NCBI GenBank assembly: GCA_963716175.1 | Contig: OY970296.1 | Coordinates: 480,001 to 544,000, forward strand | Direction: 5' to 3' | DNA: 64,000 nt | Source: an uncultured Armatimonadetes bacterium | GTDB lineage: Bacteria; Armatimonadota; Hebobacteria; Hebobacterales; Hebobacteraceae | Shown here: positions 37,545 through 47,230 of the stretch, piece by piece | Position numbering within the stretch: position 1 is the first letter of the stretch | How the letters are laid out: each line of letters begins with the position of its first letter | Position numbers and translations under genes: made by a program | Notes under the pieces: model-generated | The model's database searches: none | What the model was told of the DNA's origin: nothing | What the model saw: only the letters and a program-made list of their open reading frames with translations

Positions 37545-38614
37545 GCGTGGGCATCGTCGGGCTCCCCAATGTGGGCAAGTCCACGGTCTTCAACGCCCTC
37601 TCGCACGGCGGCGCCAAAGTCTCGAACTACGCCTTCTGCACCATCGAGCCCAACCGGGCCGTCGTCTCCGTGCCCGATCCTCGCCTGGAGCGAGTGGCCG
37701 CCATCTTCGACCAAGCGCGCGCGGTGCCGGCCGCGATCGAGTTCATTGACATTGCCGGTCTGGTGCGCGGCGCCAGCCGGGGCGAGGGCCTGGGCAACCA
37801 GTTCCTGGCCGCCATCCGGGAGGTGGATGCCATCTTGCATGTGGTGCGCGCATTCCCCGATCCCCAGATCCCACACGTGGAAGGGAGCGTGGACCCGGCG
37901 CGAGATGCGGAGATCGTCGAGCTGGAGTTGATCCTGGCCGACCTGGCGAGCGTCGAGCGAAGGCGAGAGCGGTTGCGCCCCGCCCTCAAGGCGCACTCGG
38001 CCGAGGCCGAACAGGAGGCAGCCGCGCTGGACCTGCTCGCCGCTCACTTGAACTCCCAGCGGCCCGTGCGGGTGCTGCCCGATCGTGACCGGATTCTCCC
38101 CGCGCTCCAGCTCTATCTCCTCACCGACAAACCTGAAGTCTACCTGCTCAACGCGGGAGAGGCGCCGGGGGAGGCACAGGCGCTGGTCGCGCAGCTCCAG
38201 GCTCGACTCGACGGGCCCGTGGTCGCTCTTCCCGCCAAGCTGGAGGCCGATCTCGGTGAACTGGAGGAGGCCGAGCGCGCGCAGTTCACGGCCGAGATGG
38301 GGGTTTCGACGAGCGGCCTGGAGCAGGTGATCCATGCCTGCTACCAGGCGCTCGACCTGGTGACCTTCTACACCGGGGTGGGAGCGGAGGCGCGGGCCTG
38401 GGCGGTGCCGCGGGGAACCGAGTTAGAGGTGGCGGCCGGCCGCATCCACACCGACATGGGGCGCGGGTTCATCCGGGCCGAGGTGGTGGACTTCGCGAGT
38501 CTGGATCAGGCCGGATCGTGGGCGGAGGCCCACCGCGCCGGGCGCGTCCGGACCGAAGGCCGAGACTATGCGGTGCAGGATGGAGATGTGATTCTGGTGC
38601 GCTTTCATGTGTAG
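37538..38614 (+). CDS. ychF: Redox-regulated ATPase YchF
   Basis: GIVGLPNVGKST, FCTIEPN, DIAGLV.GAS.GEGLGNQFL, IHTD, C-terminal TGS domain. Confidence 0.95.
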   Translation: MLSVGIVGLPNVGKSTVFNALSHGGAKVSNYAFCTIEPNRAVVSVPDPRLERVAAIFDQARAVPAAIEFIDIAGLVRGASRGEGLGNQFLAAIREVDAILHVVRAFPDPQIPHVEGSVDPARDAEIVELELILADLASVERRRERLRPALKAHSAEAEQEAAALDLLAAHLNSQRPVRVLPDRDRILPALQLYLLTDKPEVYLLNAGEAPGEAQALVAQLQARLDGPVVALPAKLEADLGELEEAERAQFTAEMGVSTSGLEQVIHACYQALDLVTFYTGVGAEARAWAVPRGTELEVAAGRIHTDMGRGFIRAEVVDFASLDQAGSWAEAHRAGRVRTEGRDYAVQDGDVILVRFHV

Positions 38615-38666
38615 GCAACGGGGCCCCAGCTGGGCCGTGCTTGCCGGCGGCACGGCCCAGGCTGCC

Positions 38667-38696
38667 TTGACAGGGCAAATTGGGCTGGTATAGAAT
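38667..38696 (+). promoter_or_regulatory. Sigma70 promoter upstream of the structured RNA and galT
   Basis: TTGACA-N18-TAGAAT. Confidence 0.65.
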
Positions 38697-38726
38697 ACCT
38701 TTGGCCCTGCTGTGGTATTGAATCGG

Positions 38727-38961
38727 TAGGGAGGGCTGGTGGGGGCGCCTTGCCGTCGCCGCGCTCGGTAGGGAGCAAGCAGGCCCGTAGGGGTAGCTGC
38801 GAAGTGAACCCGACCGGCCTGGCAGGAAACGCGCGAACGGGCGCGAGGGACGGTGAAGGATAGTACCGAGAGCCAGCCGAAGGGGTTCCCGATAGAGCCA
38901 GGGGCGTCGCCCTACGCTGACGCCGAAGATCGGCCTGAGAGCAGGTCGCCGACCTTCCCTA
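38727..38961 (+). ncRNA. Candidate structured RNA (cis-regulatory leader or sRNA), family not recognised
   Basis: Nested helices 38727-38739/38949-38961, 38786-38792/38910-38916, 38806-38811/38883-38888 and 38815-38823/38872-38879, capped by two hairpins. Confidence 0.5.
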
Positions 38962-38993
38962 GGGGCCGGGGCCGCCGACACAAGGACCACTGA

Positions 38994-40088
38994 ATGCCGG
39001 AGCTACGACGGGACCCAATCACCGGCGAATGGGTGATCATCGCCAGCGAACGGGCCAAGCGGCCTCGCGATTTCGGGCAGCGCCCACGCGAGGAGTTCAT
39101 CGAGAACGCCCCCTGCCCGTTCGATCCCGGGAACGAAGCCATGACCCCGCCGGAGATCATGGCCTTCCGCCACCCCGGTAGCCAGCGCAATGGGCCGGGC
39201 TGGTGGGTGCGGGTGGTTCCCAACAAGTACCCCGCCCTGGCGGTGGAGGGCAGCCTCAACAAGACCGGCTTTGGTCTGTACGACTGGATGAATGGGGTGG
39301 GCGCGCACGAAGTGATCATCGAGACCCCCGAGCATGACAAGCCCTTCGCCCTGCTGGACAATCGCCAGATCGAAGATGTCTTGTGGGCCTACCGTGCCCG
39401 CTACCTGGACCTCAAGAAGGACCCCCGACTGAAGTTCATCCTGATTTTCCGCAACTACGGCCGCGTGGCTGGAGCCTCACTCAGCCATCCGCACTCCCAG
39501 CTTGTCGCCACCCCCATGGTGCCAGGTGAGATCGCACTGGAGCTGGAGGGAGCGCGCCGCTACGAGAGCTATCGAGAGCGCTGCGTCTTCTGTGACATCC
39601 TGCGCCAGGAGGCCGATGAGGGGACGCGGCTGGTAGCGGAGAACGACCACTTCATCGCCTTCGAGCCCTTCTCCTCCAAGTTCCCCTTCGAGACCTGGCT
39701 GCTGCCGAAGCGGCACTGCGCCTCCTTCGCCGCCATCCCCGCGGAAGAGCAATCAGCCTTCGCTGCCATGCTGGGCGAAGCGCTGCGCCGCATCCATGTC
39801 TGCCTGGACGACCCGCCCTACAACTACAATATCCATACCGCTCCCTGCGATCGGGACGACCGCGACGATTACCACTGGCACCTCGAGATCTTCCCACGGC
39901 TGACCATCGCAGCGGGATTCGAGATGGGCACCGGGATCTACATCAACGTGACGCCGCCCGAGATCGCGGCCCGTTACCTCCGGGAGGTCGAACTCACGCG
40001 TTGGACCTCGAGCCGGCGGCCACCCGGGTGTCCGCCGATCACAATCCCGGGTAGGTTGCGTCTGAGATCGGTGAGGTCACAGGTTTGA
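38994..40088 (+). CDS. galT: Galactose-1-phosphate uridylyltransferase family (GalT/ADP-glucose phosphorylase-like); C-terminal tail possibly frameshifted
   Basis: RAKRP, CPF.PGNE, VPNKYPAL, HEVIIE, GASLSHPHSQ, YHWH, GFE.GTG. Confidence 0.92.
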   Translation: MPELRRDPITGEWVIIASERAKRPRDFGQRPREEFIENAPCPFDPGNEAMTPPEIMAFRHPGSQRNGPGWWVRVVPNKYPALAVEGSLNKTGFGLYDWMNGVGAHEVIIETPEHDKPFALLDNRQIEDVLWAYRARYLDLKKDPRLKFILIFRNYGRVAGASLSHPHSQLVATPMVPGEIALELEGARRYESYRERCVFCDILRQEADEGTRLVAENDHFIAFEPFSSKFPFETWLLPKRHCASFAAIPAEEQSAFAAMLGEALRRIHVCLDDPPYNYNIHTAPCDRDDRDDYHWHLEIFPRLTIAAGFEMGTGIYINVTPPEIAARYLREVELTRWTSSRRPPGCPPITIPGRLRLRSVRSQV

Positions 40089-41842
40089 CGGAACAGTCGA
40101 GCTCAGCACGTCCGAACGAAGAGATACGCGCCGAGCTGGAGCGTCTGCGCGGCCAGATCGCGCGAGCTGCAGGAGGCCAAACGCCAGCTCGAGGCCGAGC
40201 TCAGGGATACCTCGGGCTCGGCGCCAGCCCCCATCACCAGCGCCGCCGAACTGGAAGCGACCCTGCGCTGGTTCCTGAGCCGGGTAGGCACGATCCTGCA
40301 GGCAGAGAAGTCGGTGCTGATGCTCTACGATCAGGAGAGCGGCGAGCTGGTGGCGCAGTGGCCAGCCCAGGGCCTGACCCGGGACGAGGTGGAGATCTTC
40401 CGCGTGCGCGCCACCCAGGGAGTCTCGGGCCAGGTGTTCCGGGAGGGACGCCCCATCATCACCGATGATGCCATGAGCGACCCCCGCACGGTGAAGGAGA
40501 ACGTCGCCCTGCTCAATCTGCACAATGTCCTCACCGTGCCTCTGGCGGTGGAGCGGAAGGATGCCGAGGGCCGGGTGGTGGAGAAGACCAACATCGGGGT
40601 CTTCCACACCTTCAACAAGCGGGGAGGACAGCGCTTCACCGAGGAGGATGTGACCCTGCTCACCGCGCTCGCCCGCAGCGCGGCCTCGGTCATCTCCAGC
40701 GCCCGACTCTACATCGCGGTGGCGGACGAGAAGCGGGAGCTGGAGCGCACCCTGCAGGGCATGCTGGCCGGCGTGCTGGTGGTGGACGGCAAGGGCCGGG
40801 TGCGGCTGATGAACTCGGCGGCGAAGCGCATCTTCGGGGTGGCCAGCAGCGACGGCACGGGGCGGCCGCTGGCCCAGGTGGTGCACAACGAGGAGGTGCA
40901 CGAGCTGGTGCGCGCCTGCCTCAGCGGCAAATCGGAGGCCAACTCCGAGCTTTCCATCTACATGCCGGAGGAGCGCATCTACCAGGTGCAGACCGCGTTG
41001 CTGCGCTCTGACAGCAACGATGTCTCCGGCGTGGTCGCCACCTTCAACGACATCACGGAGCTGCGCAGCGTGGAGCGGATGAAGAGCGAGTTCGTCTCCA
41101 CCGTATCCCACGAGCTGCGCACTCCTCTGACCTCGATCAAGGGCTTCATCCGCACTCTGCTGGACGATACCGAGGGGTACTACGACCGGGAGATGCAGAT
41201 GGAGTTCTACCGCATCATAGACACCGAGTGCGACCGGCTGGTGCGGCTCATCTCGACCTGCTGAACCTCTCCCGGATCGAATCCGGCCGCACCCTGGAGC
41301 TGGTGTTGACCGAGGTGGACCTGGGGCGGTTGACCGACCGGGTGGTAGAGAGCCAGCGCTCCTACACCAATAATCACCAGTTCGACCTGATCATGCCCAG
41401 CGACCTGCCGAAGATCACCGCGGACCAGGATAAGATCGAGCAAGTGCTGACCAACCTGCTGTCCAATGCCATCAAGTATAGCCCGGACGGGGGGAAGATC
41501 ACGATCTCGGCGCGCCAGGTGGGAGAGAATGTGGCGGTGAGCGTTTCCGACCAGGGGATCGGGATTCCGGAGGAGCATCTGGGGAAGCTGTTCACGCGGT
41601 TCCACCGGGTGGATTCGCGGGATGCGCGCAAGCAGTATGGGACAGGGATCGGGCTCTATCTGGTGAAGCACCTGGTGGAGGCGCATCGAGGGGAGATCAC
41701 GGTGGAGAGCCAGGTGGGCGAGGGCTCGACCTTCACCTTCGTGCTGCCGGTTCACCTATCCCTGGATGACGAAGCCAAGCAGGTCGTGCCCAGCCCGCCA
41801 GACAGCCGGCGGGCAAGCCCGCCTCCGGGGGGACCGCGCTGA
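40085..41842 (+). CDS. GAF-PAS sensor histidine kinase (apparent frameshifts near 40160 and 41258)
   Basis: GAF, PAS, SHELRTPLTSI H-box; NLLSNAIKY, DQGIG, GTGIGL and GSTF lie in the next frame. Confidence 0.85.
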
Positions 41843-41938
41843 CCCCTGCGTGGGGCGGACCTCTACCGTGTTGGCTGCTGGCAGTGCCAGGTCCCGGCGA
41901 CGGGGCCTTCTGTTTTCACCTGGCGGCGGGGGAATGGC

Positions 41939-42421
41939 GTGAGCGAGCAGCGGCCTAGCTGGGATGACTATTTTATGGAAATGGCGCGGGTGGTCTCCCG
42001 CCGATCCACCTGTCTGCGCCGGAGCGTGGGGGCGCTGCTGGTACGGGACAAGCGCATCTTGACCACTGGCTATAACGGTGCGCCGGCCGGCCTGCCGCAC
42101 TGCGAGCAGGTGGGCTGTCGGCGAGAGCAGTTGGGCATCCCCTCCGGGGAGCGGCAGGAGCTGTGCCGCGCCCTCCATGCCGAGCAGAACGCGATCATCC
42201 AGGCCGCGCTGCACGGCGTGAACACTCGCGGCTCTGTGCTCTACTGCACCACCCAGCCCTGCGTCACCTGCGCCAAGATGCTGATCAACGCGGGGGTGGT
42301 TCGCGTGGTGTATGAGGGCGCCTACGCGGATGAGATGGCAGTCGAGATGCTGCGCGAAGCGGGGGTGGAGCTGGTACAGCAGCCGGCGGCGGGAGAGCCC
42401 GTCATACCCCCGGCGTACTAA
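41939..42421 (+). CDS. dCMP deaminase (ComEB-like)
   Basis: [34 protein letters not shown]. Confidence 0.95.
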   Translation: MSEQRPSWDDYFMEMARVVSRRSTCLRRSVGALLVRDKRILTTGYNGAPAGLPHCEQVGCRREQLGIPSGERQELCRALHAEQNAIIQAALHGVNTRGSVLYCTTQPCVTCAKMLINAGVVRVVYEGAYADEMAVEMLREAGVELVQQPAAGEPVIPPAY

Positions 42422-42473
42422 GAGATGGCGTGACCCTCGGCAGCGATTGGGGATGGATGGCGGAGGCTCTGGC

Positions 42474-43433
42474 TTGACTCAGGGGTGGCCTGCCCTACTG
42501 GTGGCCTATGGAGTGGCGGCGATTGCGAGCTGCGGGCTCACCCCGCTGGCGCGCCGTGTCGCCATGCGCAGCGGGGCGATCGACCGGCCCAACGCGCGGA
42601 AAATGCACGACAGGCCGCTTCCCACATCGGGGGGGGTGGCCATCGTGGCCGGGTTCCTGGTCGCCGCAGGACTAGTCGGGGACGGTCACCAGATGCGGGG
42701 CCAGGCCTTTGCCGCGATCGTGGTGGGGGCTCTGCTAGTGTCGCTGGTGGGGTTGGTGGACGATCGCAAGGACCTGCCGGCCAAGCTGAAGCTGGCACTG
42801 CAGGTGGTGGCGACAGTCCCGCTGCTGGCGGCGGGGGTGACCATCAGCGTGGTGTCCAACCCGTTTCACCCCGGGATGGTCTCGCTCCCGCACTGGTTTG
42901 CCGCGATCGTGACTGTGCTGTGGGTGGTGGGGGTGACGAATGCGATCAACCTGATAGACGGCCTGGACGGGCTGGCGGCGGGGGTGTCTGCCATCTCCTG
43001 CGTGGCCCTCGCCTTCATCGCGCTGGCCTGGGGGCAGGTGGCGGTGGCGGTGCTGTGCGCCGCGCTGGCCGGGGCGGCGGTAGGATTCCTGCCCTGGAAC
43101 TGGCACCCCGCGGGGGTTCTCATGGGAGACTGCGGGGCCTATTTCCTGGGGTATATGATCGCCTCGGTGACAGTGATGGGGGCGTTCAAGATGGCGGCCG
43201 CGATTGCCATCTTCGTGCCCATTTTGGTGCTGGCCGTTCCCCTGCTGGACACTGTGCTCTCCCCGGTACGTCGTTTTCTCAGCGGTCGCCCGGCCTTCGC
43301 CGCTGACCGAGACCATCTTCACCATCGTCTCATTGCCCTGGGTCTCGCGGAGACGCGAGTCGTGGCGCTCACTTACGCGGTGACCGCCGTCTGCGGCGCC
43401 ATCGCCATCTGGATTTCGCGCGCGCCGCGTTAG
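42474..43433 (+). CDS. Undecaprenyl-phosphate GlcNAc-1-phosphate transferase (TagO/WecA, GT4)
   Basis: D.PNARKMH, GLVDD, NAINLIDGLDGLA, MGD.G, DRDHLHHRL. Confidence 0.93.
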   Translation: MTQGWPALLVAYGVAAIASCGLTPLARRVAMRSGAIDRPNARKMHDRPLPTSGGVAIVAGFLVAAGLVGDGHQMRGQAFAAIVVGALLVSLVGLVDDRKDLPAKLKLALQVVATVPLLAAGVTISVVSNPFHPGMVSLPHWFAAIVTVLWVVGVTNAINLIDGLDGLAAGVSAISCVALAFIALAWGQVAVAVLCAALAGAAVGFLPWNWHPAGVLMGDCGAYFLGYMIASVTVMGAFKMAAAIAIFVPILVLAVPLLDTVLSPVRRFLSGRPAFAADRDHLHHRLIALGLAETRVVALTYAVTAVCGAIAIWISRAPR

Positions 43434-43440
43434 CTCACTC

Positions 43441-44661
43441 TTGACCCGCCACAACATGAAGCGGATCCACACCATAGAGCGGCGGGCAACCGCCGCCCGC
43501 GTTATGATCGTGATGGGCACCCGCCCGGAGGTGACCAAGCTGGGCCCGGTGGCGCGCGAGCTCAACCGCTACCCGCGGCAGTTCCAGGTGACCCTGGTGG
43601 GCACGGGACAGCACCGGGACCTGGTTCCCCAGCACCTGGGCTTGTTCGGGCTGCGCCTGGACCACGATCTCAAGGTGATGAAGGCAGGCCAGTCGTTGGC
43701 CGACATCGCCGCTCGTACTCTCCAGCGCATGGACCATCTGCTGGGCGTGGCAGATCCTGACGTGGTGATGGTGGAGGGCGACACCAGCGCGGTGTTCGCC
43801 GCCGGATTGGCCGCCTTCTACCACCGGATTCCCGTCGCCCACGTGGAGGCCGGGCTGCGCTCGGGCGATCCCTACAACCCATTCCCCGAGGAGATGGACC
43901 GGCGGTTGGTCGGAGCCCTGGCCAGCATTCACCTCGCGCCTACCGCGCAGGCGCGAGCGAACCTGCTGAGAGAAAACGTTCCCCCCGACCGCATCTACGT
44001 TACTGGGAACACCGCTATAGATGGGCTGCTGTTCGCTGCCCGCCGCGCGGGTGCGCGTCTCCCGGTGCCCGGCGAGTGGCTGCGCCAGCGCCGACTGATC
44101 CTGGTGACAGCCCACCGCCGGGAGAGCTGGGAGCGCGGGATCCGGGAGATCTGCCTGGCCCTGGGCAACCTGGCCGAGGGATTCCCCGGGGTCGTGATCA
44201 TCTATGCCGTTCACCCCAACCCCCGGGTGCGCGATGTGGCGCGCGAGGTACTGGCGGGGAGAGAGCGTATCTACCTGATTGACCCGCCGGACTACGCCGG
44301 TTTCGTGGCGCTGATGAAGCGCGCCTATCTCATCCTCACTGATTCCGGCGGCATTCAGGAGGAGGCGCCCTCGCTGGGCAAACCAGTGCTCGTGATGCGT
44401 GAGACCACTGAGCGCATTGAGGGCATCAAGGCTGGCTGGGCCGAGCTGGTAGGAACGAGCCGCGAGAACATCGCGGCCCGCGCCTCTTACCTGCTCACCC
44501 ACCCCGGGCGCTATGCCGCCATGGCCCGGCCTGGCAATCCCTACGGAGATGGCCGCGCCTCCGCTCGCATCCGGCGCGTCCTGGCCTACCACTTCGGCCG
44601 GAGCCGGAGCCGCCCGCCTGACTTCGTCAGCCCCCGGCCACGCGCCGCGAGCGCCCACTGA
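43441..44661 (+). CDS. wecB: UDP-N-acetylglucosamine 2-epimerase
   Basis: GTRPE, TGQH, GDT, HVEAGLRS, HRRE, TDSGGIQEEA, NPYGDG. Confidence 0.95.
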   Translation: MTRHNMKRIHTIERRATAARVMIVMGTRPEVTKLGPVARELNRYPRQFQVTLVGTGQHRDLVPQHLGLFGLRLDHDLKVMKAGQSLADIAARTLQRMDHLLGVADPDVVMVEGDTSAVFAAGLAAFYHRIPVAHVEAGLRSGDPYNPFPEEMDRRLVGALASIHLAPTAQARANLLRENVPPDRIYVTGNTAIDGLLFAARRAGARLPVPGEWLRQRRLILVTAHRRESWERGIREICLALGNLAEGFPGVVIIYAVHPNPRVRDVAREVLAGRERIYLIDPPDYAGFVALMKRAYLILTDSGGIQEEAPSLGKPVLVMRETTERIEGIKAGWAELVGTSRENIAARASYLLTHPGRYAAMARPGNPYGDGRASARIRRVLAYHFGRSRSRPPDFVSPRPRAASAH

Positions 44662-44662
44662 G

Positions 44663-45760
44663 ATGGAGAGGAACCAGGAGCCAACCGGCGACCTCGCCTC
44701 GCAGCCTCCGCAGCGGTGGGTGCGCATCTGCGGGGCCATTCTGCTGGTGCTGGTGGCGGGGGTGGTGATCTGGCGGGTGCGAGCGGTCGTCGTCACCGTT
44801 CTGCTGGCCGTGGTCGCGGCCTACGTGCTGCGGCCTGCGGTGGACCGATTCTGCGCCTTCGGCCTGCGCATTGGAAAGCGGCACTATCGCCTGACCAGGG
44901 GGCTGGCCACTCTGCTCACGTTCGTCCTGCTGGCCCTTCTGATCTGGGGATTCTGGGCGTTCAGCTCTGTCTCCCTGGAGCGGGAGATTGCGAACCTGCA
45001 GCGTCATTGGCCCGACTATCAGCAAGCGATCATCCGGTTTGGCGCTAACCTGGATCGCTACTACCGGGAACGGCTGCCTGACGCCCTCCGGCCCAGCGTG
45101 GACTCCTGGGTGAGGGGAACCGGCGACCTGCTCACCCGCGCCGCCACCCGGGGCCTGGGCCTCACCTACCACGGGGTCGGCCTTCTGATCGAGCTGCTGC
45201 TGGTGCCGATCCTGGCTTTCTACTTCCTCGCCGATGGGCCCAACATCCGGCAGCAAGCCCTGTTCTTCGTCCCGCGCCGCTTCCTGTCTCGCACTGAGCA
45301 AGTCCTGGGCCAGGCCCATGATAGCTTCGCTCGCTACATCAAGGGGCAGGTCATCCTGTGCGTGATCGCCTTCGCGGTGGTGACGGCGGGCCTGTGGGCC
45401 ATCCATGTGGACTTCTACCTGCTGCTCGGCGTGGCAGCCGGGCTGACCCGGGCCGTGCCCATCATTGGGCCGGTGGTGGGGGCCATTCCCATCTTGATCG
45501 TGGTGCTGATCACGAAATCCATGGCCCTCACTCTCTGGGTGTTGGCAGCCTTCAGCGTGATGCACGTGCTCGAGAGCAAGCTGCTGATGCCGGCCATCCT
45601 GGGCCAACAACTGGACCTGCACCCGGTGCTGATCATCGTGGCCCTGCTCATCGGGGCCCAGATGGGGGGTCTGTTAGGGGTCTTCCTCGCCGCGCCGGTG
45701 CTGGCCGCGGTCAAGAGCCTGATCGCGGAGCAGCGGCGCAGCCCGGCCACCACCGGCTAG
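44663..45760 (+). CDS. AI-2E (PerM) family transporter
   Basis: YIKGQ, PIIGP, P.ILG..LDLHP, GGLLGVFLAAP. Confidence 0.92.
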   Translation: MERNQEPTGDLASQPPQRWVRICGAILLVLVAGVVIWRVRAVVVTVLLAVVAAYVLRPAVDRFCAFGLRIGKRHYRLTRGLATLLTFVLLALLIWGFWAFSSVSLEREIANLQRHWPDYQQAIIRFGANLDRYYRERLPDALRPSVDSWVRGTGDLLTRAATRGLGLTYHGVGLLIELLLVPILAFYFLADGPNIRQQALFFVPRRFLSRTEQVLGQAHDSFARYIKGQVILCVIAFAVVTAGLWAIHVDFYLLLGVAAGLTRAVPIIGPVVGAIPILIVVLITKSMALTLWVLAAFSVMHVLESKLLMPAILGQQLDLHPVLIIVALLIGAQMGGLLGVFLAAPVLAAVKSLIAEQRRSPATTG

Positions 45761-45781
45761 GAGCAGTTCACGGGGCGCCAG

Positions 45782-45810
45782 TTGCGCTTGCCCTCGCAGG
45801 CTGCTATACT
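45782..45810 (+). promoter_or_regulatory. Sigma70 promoter for the trkA operon
   Basis: TTGCGC-N17-TATACT with TG extension. Confidence 0.55.
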
Positions 45811-45921
45811 GTGCCGTGCAGATCCCGCCCGGCCCTTGGGCGGGCTGTTAGTGTGTGTGAGCCCGAGAGCGGGTCCCAGATCCGCGGGCTCGGGCCGGAA
45901 GCTGGTTAGGGAGCGGCGGAG

Positions 45922-46404
45922 GTGCGGGTAGTCATCCTCGGTTGTGGGCGTGTGGGCTCGACTCTGGCGGCTATGCTGACCCAGGAGGGCCATCACGTTT
46001 CGGTGATTGACCGGGATCAGAGCGCCTTCGACAAGGCGGTGCAGCGCCTGGGGGCAGGTTTCACCCGAGAGACGGTGCGTGGTGTCGGCATAGACGAGGA
46101 CGCCCTGCGGCAGGCCGGCATCGAAGAAGCCGAGGTCTTCGTCAGCGTCACCAGCGGAGACAACACCAATATCGTCGCGGCCCAGATCGCGAAGCATCGG
46201 TTTCGGGTCCCCAGGGTGCTGGCCCGGGTGTATGATCCCATTCGCGCCCAGGCCTATCACGAGGCCGGGATCGAGACGGTGTGTACCACCACCATCGGAG
46301 CCGGCCTGTTCCACGACCTGCTGCTGGGCCGACCCCTGCGGAAGCTCCAGGAGTACATTGATGCGGTTGCCGCCCTGGTGAACCGGCAGGAGGAGGCCAG
46401 CTAG
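45922..46404 (+). CDS. trkA: TrkA-N (RCK_N only) potassium uptake regulatory protein
   Basis: GCGRVG, AGIEEA, T.GDNTN, ARVYDP. Confidence 0.88.
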   Translation: MRVVILGCGRVGSTLAAMLTQEGHHVSVIDRDQSAFDKAVQRLGAGFTRETVRGVGIDEDALRQAGIEEAEVFVSVTSGDNTNIVAAQIAKHRFRVPRVLARVYDPIRAQAYHEAGIETVCTTTIGAGLFHDLLLGRPLRKLQEYIDAVAALVNRQEEAS

Positions 46405-46474
46405 CGGCTGGTCGGGTGGCGGGCGGAGGTGTGCTGCCCCCGCCGGGAGACAGGTCTGCCGTGGAGTAGGCACG

Positions 46475-47161
46475 ATGTATGTAATCGTCGTTGGCGCAGG
46501 GAAGGTAGGCTATCACCTCACCCACACCTTGCTGGGCGAGGGTCACGAGGTGGCGCTGATCGAGAAGGACTCCGCTCACGCCGCCGACCTGGCGGCCGAT
46601 TTCGGCGAGGCGATCGTGACCGGCGATGGCTGCGAAGTGCGCGTGATGCAGGACGTGGGCATGGGTCGGGCCGACGTGGTGGTGGCGGTCACGGGCCACG
46701 ATGAAGACAACCTGGTGATCTGTCAGATGGCGCAGCGCCAGTTCCACGTTCCTCGCCAGATCGCCCGCGTGAATAACCCAAAGAACGAGCCCATCTTCCA
46801 CCTGCTGGGGGTGACCGAGACCGTCGCCAGCACCCGCATCATCTACAGCCTGATTGACCAGGAAGTCAGCAGCGGCGAGTCGCTGCTCTCGACTGCCATC
46901 AAGCGCGGCAAGATCGTGCTGGTGGCCGTAGACCTGGCGGCGGATTCACCGGGCGCCAAACGCATGGTCAAGGACATCCACCTGGTGGGCGAATGCGTGC
47001 TCGCGGCCATCATCCGCGAGGAGCATATCCTGCTCCCCAGCGGCACCACCATGCTCGAGCCCGGAGACACCGTGGTCGCGGTCTCTACCCCTCAGGATCA
47101 AGAGGTGCTGCGAGAGGCCCTGCTGGGATCGGCCCCGCAGCCCGCGCGCTCGCAGCCATGA
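46475..47161 (+). CDS. trkA: TrkA family protein (RCK_N plus RCK_C)
   Basis: GAGKVG, TGHDEDNLV, ARVNNP, P.G.T.LEPGD. Confidence 0.92.
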   Translation: MYVIVVGAGKVGYHLTHTLLGEGHEVALIEKDSAHAADLAADFGEAIVTGDGCEVRVMQDVGMGRADVVVAVTGHDEDNLVICQMAQRQFHVPRQIARVNNPKNEPIFHLLGVTETVASTRIIYSLIDQEVSSGESLLSTAIKRGKIVLVAVDLAADSPGAKRMVKDIHLVGECVLAAIIREEHILLPSGTTMLEPGDTVVAVSTPQDQEVLREALLGSAPQPARSQP

Positions 47162-47230
47162 CGTTCCCCCGGGAGGGATGGAAATGGCGCGTTGCGGGTG
47201 GCCCGCGCGGCAGGACAGGAGGGAGGTAGC

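Noticed and set aside
38700-38990. Assignment of the leader to c-di-AMP, glycine, SAM-I, lysine or glmS riboswitch, or SRP RNA
   Set aside because: Only short fragments match (GAACCCG, GCCGAAGG); the diagnostic cores such as CAGCTAAC, CTCTCAGG or the SRP GGAA-tetraloop/AGCAG domain are absent.
40150-40170. Programmed ribosomal frameshifting in the kinase or other split genes
   Set aside because: No slippery heptamer with a downstream stimulatory structure was seen, and similar breaks occur in many unrelated genes.
41255-41264. TGA ending the kinase ORF considered as selenocysteine or read-through
   Set aside because: The HATPase domain continues in a different frame, so an indel explains it and read-through cannot.
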